Assembly: GCA_964016885.1 (NCBI GenBank)
Contig: OZ024740.1
Location: 12,214,001 to 12,278,000 of the forward strand
DNA length: 64,000 nt
DNA from: Eledone cirrhosa
Lineage: Eukaryota
Reading direction: 5' to 3'
In this document: in pieces, positions 55,578-64,000 of the stretch
How positions within the stretch are numbered: the first letter of the stretch is position 1
How the letters are laid out: each line of letters begins with the position of its first letter
The notes under the pieces: model-generated
Database searches by the model: none
Told to the model about the DNA's origin: nothing
What the model saw: only the letters and a program-made list of their open reading frames with translations
Made by a program: the position numbers and the translations under genes

Positions 55578-55905
55578 CTTTTCTTCTTCTTCTTCTTTGC
55601 CCACTTAATCCCGGGAGGCTCATAGGGCTAGAGTCCTCAAACACTCCTTCCAGTTGGTCCTGTCTGAATCAACCGGCTCCAATTGATGCAACTGGATCCT
55701 CAAGTAAGACCAGCCAAGCTCATGAATGTTAACCAACCATTTTGCTCGGGGTCTACCTCTGGGTCTCCTGCCATTTGGTTTTTCCTGTAAAATCTGTCCA
55801 GCGAGGCTTTCCTGAGAGATTCTAGTATTGGAGCTGTGATCCTCAATTTGGAGAAGTAGCAGCTCTCTCATCTCCAAGCTATGTACTCTATTGAGTAACG
55901 TTATT
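55578..55905 (-). mobile_element. RTE LINE 3' fragment
   Basis: GRRPRGRPRAKW..DRTNW C-terminus and a (GAA)n tail. Confidence 0.8.
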
Positions 55906-56681
55906 CTTTAATCCATTAATAAACATTGCTGATTTCATTACATAATATAACAATACACACTTCAATATGTTTAACTCCCTTATATTAATTACCTTGCTCA
56001 TTTATATATAGAAGAATGGTTCAATACTTATCTATTCATTAGAATCACTCAAGGCCTCTTTCAGACTTTACAACCCACGACTGCCATTCTCTTGCTATAA
56101 ACAATAATACAGTCTTAAATAACCGTACTTATTTCTTTATACTTGTATATTCCCATCCATTCTTACTTTATCCTGCACACCCACCTTTTCTTAAGCCATC
56201 TTTTATGCTCACCATTTAATATCAGTCTTTTCCTGATTATAAATCACAAAACACTCTGAGCTTTTGGCTACTTCCTGTAGAAGAGAAAATGTAAAACGTC
56301 AAAAAAACTTCAAACTTGAAATTTATGAATTAAACAATGAAAAAGTAAAATCCCAAATAGTATCCTAGATATGGTATTTTATAATCAGGGAAAGACTTTA
56401 TAATCACCCTATATAGTTTTTAACTATCCAAGGGAAAGAACTCTCTCTTAATAATATCAGAATAAAAGGAGTTATGTCCCTTATAATATATTTTACCCAG
56501 AATGCAATAACGGAAATTCTACACACTAACAACAAATATCTCGTGGAAATTTTTATAGGGTCATTGTATTTTACCATCTGATAATTGCTTAGTATTAGCT
56601 AAGTATGAAGTTTGAGGTTACGATGTATTTTCACTCACGGACTATATATTTAACTCTACTTTTGTATTGAGTATTCTTGTA

Positions 56682-57022
56682 CGAGATTCGGCTGAAAAGT
56701 TCATAGGTTCACTATGAAGGAGTGATGCTAGGGCTGTGAAATCTTGCATGCATTAATTTCAACTATTCTTATTAATAACTGCATTGTTTCTTTCCAGGGA
56801 CTATGTTGATAAATAAAGCTCATTTGGTCATTCCATGAGAGTATCTTGGTCAGTCTTTGAAGGAGTGATGCTAAAGCTGTGAAATCTTGCATGCATTAAT
56901 TTCAACTCTTCTTATTAATAACAGCATTGTTTCTTTCCAGGGACTATGTTGAAAAATAAACCTCATTTCGTCATTCTATGAGAGTACCATGGTCAGTCTA
57001 TGAACTTTTCAGCCAACCCTCG
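56682..57022. mobile_element. Tc1/mariner MITE with an internal ~143-bp duplication
   Basis: ta|cgagattcggctgaaaagttcatag ... ctatgaacttttcagccaaccctcg|ta. Confidence 0.85.
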
Positions 57023-57311
57023 TATAGATAATTTTTGTTTATGTAAACACACACAAACATACATATATATTAATTCATATTTATTTATATAAAAAATATT
57101 CGTACAAAAGTAATTTCCGTGTAAAATGTATCATATCAAACGTACTTACTTTATCGACCTCGGTCATTTGTTGACTGCCAAGTTATGGCAAATGAAATTA
57201 ACTTTTGTGTTTAGATCAGTCTAACCCCCCCCCCCTCCATATATGATAAAGTTCTGCAGTTTCTGTAAAAATTTGCTCTCAAACCATTAGTCAACGCGAA
57301 GAAATAGTAAA

Positions 57312-57747
57312 GTCTGGGGCGTCACTGTTAGTGACTCTTTTGCTCTTTCCTACATCCTGAATGCTGCGGTTAGGACGAGAGCCACAGCTTCCACAGCTGA
57401 GCGGAGTAAGACCCTCAAATACTCTGATCTGTCGGCCAGCTACATTTTTCAGCCTGTGGCTTTCGAGACGTTTGGGGGAGTCGGGCCGCTGACTGCGAGG
57501 TTCCTTTCCTCACTGGCGGCTAGCCTAATAGAGGTAACTGGCGAATCTCGTGAGGGCGCTTGGTTGTTCCAGCGCATTAGCCTCGCCATCACCTGAGGCA
57601 ATGCTGCGAGTGTGCTGGCTTGCCTCAAAAATTATTAGAGAGGTTGCTCGGTACTCCTCGCGCCGCCGCTGTCTTCACCCTTTCCTTTACATTTTCTTTA
57701 ATATTGCAATATTAAAATAATATATCCTTCTGAAAAAAAAATAAAAA
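57312..57747 (+). mobile_element. CRE-clade RLE LINE 3' fragment
   Basis: Manual translation gives AERSKTLKY..YIFQPVAFETFG..WLFQRISLAIT*GNAASVL, followed by an A-rich tail. Confidence 0.8.
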
Positions 57748-57964
57748 GGTTAGAACAATTCTCAAGTGATGTGAGATTGAATCTGGAGTTAAATTGTTTC
57801 ATCCTTAAACATATTCTATAGTGAAGGAAAAGAGACTAGTTTTGTGTGGAGCGTTAAAAAAATAGAAAGAAATACATTGACACAGCTTGTAGGTATTGAG
57901 TACTTTGTCTTACTTGTGTCTCTTGTTTTGTTTTAAATACGGAAAACATCAGATAATGTATAAC

Positions 57965-58326
57965 TATCTGGACTCCGTACTGCCGAGCTCCTCCACAAGA
58001 TCAGAACATCAGCAGCTCGTCTGCAGAAGGAGCCCCGTGAGGTGGTGTAGCTCTTGCAGCGGGTGTCGCTGGCCATTGTCCGCAGGAATGCTTTTGTGGT
58101 CTTGTCCGCGGGGCGCAGCCCCATTACCACCAGGCCCTGGGCCCAGAGCCCAATCTCCCTCCCCTTTCTTCAGTGACATTAGAGCCCTTGCCTTTCTCTT
58201 CCTTTTCGTTTTTCTTTATATTTTTCTTATTTTACATTCCATTTTTTCTTCTCAATCTCATTTTTTTTTATTTTTCTATTAAATTGTTTTTACTATTATA
58301 AATATCAATTTACTATTGTAAATAAA
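57965..58326 (+). mobile_element. Second, divergent CRE-like 3' fragment
   Basis: EPREVV*LLQRVSLAIVRRNAFVVL, a pyrimidine-rich 3' UTR and AATAAA. Confidence 0.65.
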
Positions 58327-58622
58327 TGTTTTTATATTTTTACAGTAAAGTAGCATGTATAATTAACCAAATGGCAGTTCCTCTTTATCCATGTTTTTTC
58401 TGCAGACTTCGGCTTACAAAAGGTTCGATGGATCTCATCAGTTTAACCAGAATCGTAGAACATATGTCACGTACACTTCCCCCTTCTCACATCTCGACAA
58501 AACCACCAACATTACAACTGGCCTATCAAATGCTACCTGCTAATATCTGATTTATTAAGTGTTTAAAAAAGACCTCAAACCAAACAAAAAAACATATATC
58601 TTTCTCTGCCTCTTGCTTTTTA

Positions 58623-61600
58623 TAGAACTGTATTACTATAGGACATAGAACTGTATTACTATAGGACATAGAAGTGTATTACTATAGGACATAGAACTGT
58701 ATTACTCTAGGACATATAAGTGTATTACTGTAGGACATAGAAGTGTATTACTATAGGACAGAAGTGTATTACTATATGACATAGACGTGTATTACTATAG
58801 GACATAGAAGTGTATTACTATAGGACATAGAAGTGTATTACTGTAGGACATAGAAATGTATTACTATAGGACATAAAAGTGTATTACTATAGGACATATA
58901 AGTGTATTACTATAGGACAGAAGTTATTACTATAGGACATAAAAGTGTATTACTATAGGACATAGAAGTTATTACTATAGGATATAGAAGTGTATTACTG
59001 TAGGACATAGAAGTGTATTACTATAGGACATAGAAGTGTATTACTATAGGACATAGAAGTGTATTACTACAGGACATAGAAGTGTATTACTATAGGACAT
59101 AGAAGTCTATTACTATAGGAGATAGAACTGTATTACTATAGGACATAGAAGTGTATTACTATAGGACATAGAAGTGTATTACTATAGGACATAGAACTTA
59201 TTACTATAGGACATAGAAGTGTATTACTATAGGACATAGAAGTGTATTACTATAGGATATAGAAGTGTATTACTGTAGGGCATAGAAGTGCATTACTGTA
59301 GGACATAGAAGTGTATTACTATAGGACATAGAAGTGTATTACTATAGGACATAGAAGTGTATTACTATAAAACATAGAAGTGTATTACTATAGGACATAG
59401 AAGTGTATTACTGTAGGACATAGAAGTGTATTACTATAGGACAGAAGTGTATTACTATAGGACAGAAGTGTATTACTATAGGACATAGAAGTGTATTACT
59501 GTAGAATATAGAAGTGTATTACTACAGGACATAGAAGTGTATTACTATAAGACATAGAAGTGTATTATTATAGGACATAGAAGTGTATTACTATAGGACA
59601 TAGAAGTGTACTACTATAGGACATAGAAGTGTATTACTATAGGACATATAACTGTATTACTATAGGACATAGAAGTGTATTACTACAGGACATAGAAGTG
59701 TATTACTATAAGACATAGAAGTGTATTATTATAGGACATAGAAGTGTATTACTATAGGACATAGAAGTGTACTACTATAGGACATAGAAGTGTATTACTA
59801 TAGGACATAGAAGTGTATTACTATAGGAGATAGAACTGTATTACTATAGGACATAGAAGTGTATTACTATAGGACATAGAAGTGTATTACTATAGGACAT
59901 AGAACTTATTACTATAGGACATAGAAGTGTATTACTATAGGATATAGAAGTGTATTACTATAGGACATAGAAGTGTATTACTATAGGATATAGAAGTGTA
60001 TTACTGTAGGGCATAGAAGTGCATTACTGTAGGACATAGAAGTGTATTACTATAGGACATAGAAGTGTATTACTATAGGACATAGAAGTGTATTACTATA
60101 GGACATAGAAGTGTATTACTATAAAACAGAAGTGTATTACTATAGCACATAGAAGTGTATTACTGTAGGACATAGAAGTGTATTACTATAGGACATAGAA
60201 GTGTATTACTATAGGACATAGAAGTGTATTACTATAGGACATAGAAGTGTATTACTATAAAACAGAAGTGTATTACTATAGCACATAGAAGTGTATTACT
60301 GTAGGACATAGAAGTGTATTACTATAGGACAGAAGTGTATTACTATAGGGCATAGAAGTGTATTACTGTAGAACATAGAAGTGTATTACTATATGACATA
60401 GAAGTGTATTACTACAGGACATAGAACCGTATTACTATAAGACATAGAAGTGTATTACTATAGGACATAGAACTGTATTACTATAGGACATAGAACTGTA
60501 TTACTATAGGACATAGAAGTGTATTACTATAGAACATAGAAGTGTATTACTATAGGACATATAACTGTATTACTATAGGACATAGAAGTGTATTACTACA
60601 GGACATAGAAGTGTATTACTATAAGACATAGAAGTGTATTATTATAGGACAGAAGTGTATTACTATAGGACATAGAAGTGTACTACTATAGGACATAGAA
60701 GTGTATTACTATAGGACATAGAAGTGTATTACTATAGGACATAGAAGTGTATTACTATAGGACATAGAAGTGTATTACTATAGGACATAGAAGTGTATTA
60801 CTACAGGACATAGAAGTGTATTACTATAGGACATAGAAGTGTATTACTATAGGACATGGAAGTGTATTATTATAGGGCATAGAAGTGTATTACTATAGGA
60901 CATATAACTGTATTACTATAGGACATAGAACTGTATTACTACAGGACATAGAAGTGTATTGCTATAGGACATAGAAGTGTATTGCTATAGGACATAGAAG
61001 TGTATTACTGTAGGACATACAAGTGTATTACTATAGGAGCTAGAACTGTATTACTATAGGACATAGAACTTATTACTATAGGACATAGAAGTGTATTACT
61101 ATAGGACATAGAAGTGTATTACTATAGGACATGGAAGTGTATTTCTATAGGACATAGAAGTGTATTACTGTAGGACATAGAAGTGTATTACTATAGGACA
61201 TAGAACTGTATTACTATAGGACATAGAAGTGTATTACTGTATGACATAGAAGTGTACTACTATAGGACATAGAGGTGTATTACTATAGAACATCGAACTG
61301 TATTACTATAGGACAAAGAAATGTATTACTATAGGACATAAGTGTATTACTGTTGGACATGGAAGTGTATTACTATAGGGCATAGAAGTGTATTACTATA
61401 GGCCATAGAACTGTATTACTATAGGACATAGAAGTGTATTGCTATAGGACATAGCAGTGTATTGCTATAGGACATAGACGTGTATTACTGTAGGTCATAG
61501 AAGTGTATTACTATAGGACATAGAAGTGTATTACTATAGGACATAGAAGTGTATTACTGTAGGACATAGATTTGTATTACTATAGGAGCTAGGACTGTAT

Positions 61601-64000
61601 TACTACAGGACATAGAACTGTATTACTGTAGGACATAGAAGTGTATTACTATAGGATATAGAAGTGTATTACTATAGGACATAGAAGTGTATTACTATAG
61701 GACATAGAAGTGTATTACTATATGACATAGAAGTGTAGTACTATAGGACATAGAAGTGTATTACTGTAGGACATAGAAGTGTATTACTATAGGACATAGA
61801 CGTGTATTACTATAGGACATAGAACTGTGTTACTATAGGACATAGAACTGTATTACTATAGGACATAGAAGTGTATTACTGTAGGACATAGAAGTGTACT
61901 ACTATAGGACATAGAAGTGTATTACTATAGAACATCGAACTGTATTACTATAGGACATAGAAATGTATTACTATAGGACATAGAAGTGTATTACTGTTGG
62001 ACATGGAAGTGTATTACTATAGGGCATAGAAGTGTATTACTATAGGACATAGAACTGTATTACTATAGGACATAGAACTGTATTACTATAGGACATAGAA
62101 GTGTATAACTATAGGACATAGAAGTGTATTACTGTAGAACATAGAAGTGTATCACTATAGGACATAGACGTGTATTACTATAGGACATAGAACTGTGTTA
62201 CTATAGGACATAGAAGTGTATTACTATAGGACATAGAAGTGTATTACTATAGGACATAGAAGTGTATTACTACAGGACATAGAAGTGTATTACTATAGGA
62301 CATAGAAGTGTATTACTGTAGGACATAGAAGTGTATTACTATAGGACATAGACGTGTATTACTATAGGACATAGAACTGTGTTACTATAGGACATAGAAG
62401 TGTATTACTATAGGACATAGAAGTGTATTACTATAGGACATAGAAGTGTATTACTACAGGACATAGAAGTGTATTACTGTAGGGCATAGAAGTGTATTAC
62501 TATAGGACATGGAAGTGTATTACTATAGGACATAGAAGTGTATTACTATAGGATATAGAAGTGTATTACTATAGGGCATAGAACTTATTACTATAGGACA
62601 TAGGAGTGTATTACTATAGGACATATAAGTGTATTACTATAGGATATAGAAGTGTATTACTGTAGGGCATAGAAGTGCATTACTGTAGGACATAGAAGTG
62701 TATTACTATAGGACATAGAAGTGTATTACTATAGGACATAGAAGTGTATTACTATAGGACATAGGAGTGTATTACTATAAGACAAAAGTGTATTACTATA
62801 GGACATAGAAGTGTATTACTATAGGACATAGAACTTATTACTATAGGACATAGAAGTGTATTACTATAGGACATAGAAGTGTATTACTATAGGACATGGA
62901 AGTGTATTACTATATGACATAGAAGTGTATTACTATAGGACATAGAACTTATTACTATAGGACATAGAAGTGTATTACTGTAGGACATAGAAGTGTATTA
63001 CTATGGGACATAGAAGTGTATTACTATAGGACATAGAAGTGTATTACTACAGGACATAGAACTGTATTACTATAGGATATAGAACTGTATTACTATAGGA
63101 CATAGAAGTGTATTATTGTAGGACATAGAACTGTATTACTATAGGACGTAGAAGTGTATTACTATAGAACATCGAACTGTATTACTATAGGACATAGAAG
63201 TGTATTACTATAGGACATAGAAGTGTATTACTATAGGACATAGAACTGTATTACTATAGGACATAGAAGTGTATTACTATAGGACATAGAACTGTATTAC
63301 TACATGACATAGAAGTTATTACTATAGGATATAGAAGTGTATTACTGTAGGACATAGAAGTGTATTACTATAGGACATAGAAGTGTATTACTACAGGACA
63401 TAGAAGTGTATTACTATAGGACATAGATGTCTATTACTATAGGAGATAGAACTGTATTACTATAGGACATAGAAGTGTATTACTATAGGACATAGAAGTG
63501 CATTACTATAGGACATAGAACTTATTACTATAGGACATAGAAGTGTATTACTATAGGACATAGAAGTGTATTACTATAGGATATAGAAGTGTATTACTGT
63601 AGGGCATAGAAGTGCATTACTGTAGGACATAGAAGTGTATTACTATAGGACATAGAAGTGTATTACTATAGGACATAGAAGTGTATTACTATAGGACATA
63701 GGAGTGTATTACTATAAGACATAAGTGTATTACTATAGGACATAGAAGTGTATTACTATAGGACATAGAACTTAGTACTATAGGACATAGAAGTGTATTA
63801 CTATAGGACATAGAAGTGTATTACTATAGGACATAGAAGTGTATTACTATATGACATAGAAGTGTATTACTATAGGACATAGAACTTATTACTATAGGAC
63901 ATAGAAGTGTATTACTGTAGGACATAGAAGTGTATTACTATGGGACATAGAAGTGTATTACTATAGGACATAGAAGTGTATTACTACAGGACATAGAACT
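58623..64000. repeat. 23-bp tandem satellite (runs off the right edge)
   Basis: Unit agaagtgtattactataggacat, period 23. Confidence 0.98.

Noticed and set aside
58420-58450. Hammerhead-like CTGATGAgatccatcGAAc on the minus strand
   Set aside because: GAAC instead of GAAA, a 2-nt stem II loop, and no stem I.
58623-64000. CRISPR-like array
   Set aside because: Units are contiguous with no unique spacers and no cas genes, and the context is eukaryotic.

Overview
Repeat-saturated animal genomic DNA, not prokaryotic. The SINE/MITE motifs resemble those I recall from octopod cephalopods, but that host assignment is tentative. Two satellites bracket the window: a 64-bp CA-rich array (1-29047) and a 23-bp array (58623-64000). 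Between them lie ~29.5 kb of nested mobile elements: an intact Naiad-type Penelope-like retroelement, a decayed Helitron, CR1, R4/Dong-like, RTE and CRE LINE pieces, SINEs, MITEs, long palindromes and at least four hammerhead-ribozyme motifs. The least explained part is a ~3.9-kb island (31320-35180) of compact genes with tiny introns. It holds a 3-exon SGNH-fold gene, a BACK-like ORF and a decayed Ser/Arg-rich ORF. The two minus-strand units share a conserved 3' intron plus mini-exon module, and the island ends in a foldback inverted repeat. Other highlights are a retrozyme-like hammerhead element, apparent (CATA)n-targeting by R4/Dong LINEs, and an RFX X-box minisatellite. No confident conventional host gene is present. 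All family calls come from motif recognition by eye, without database searches.
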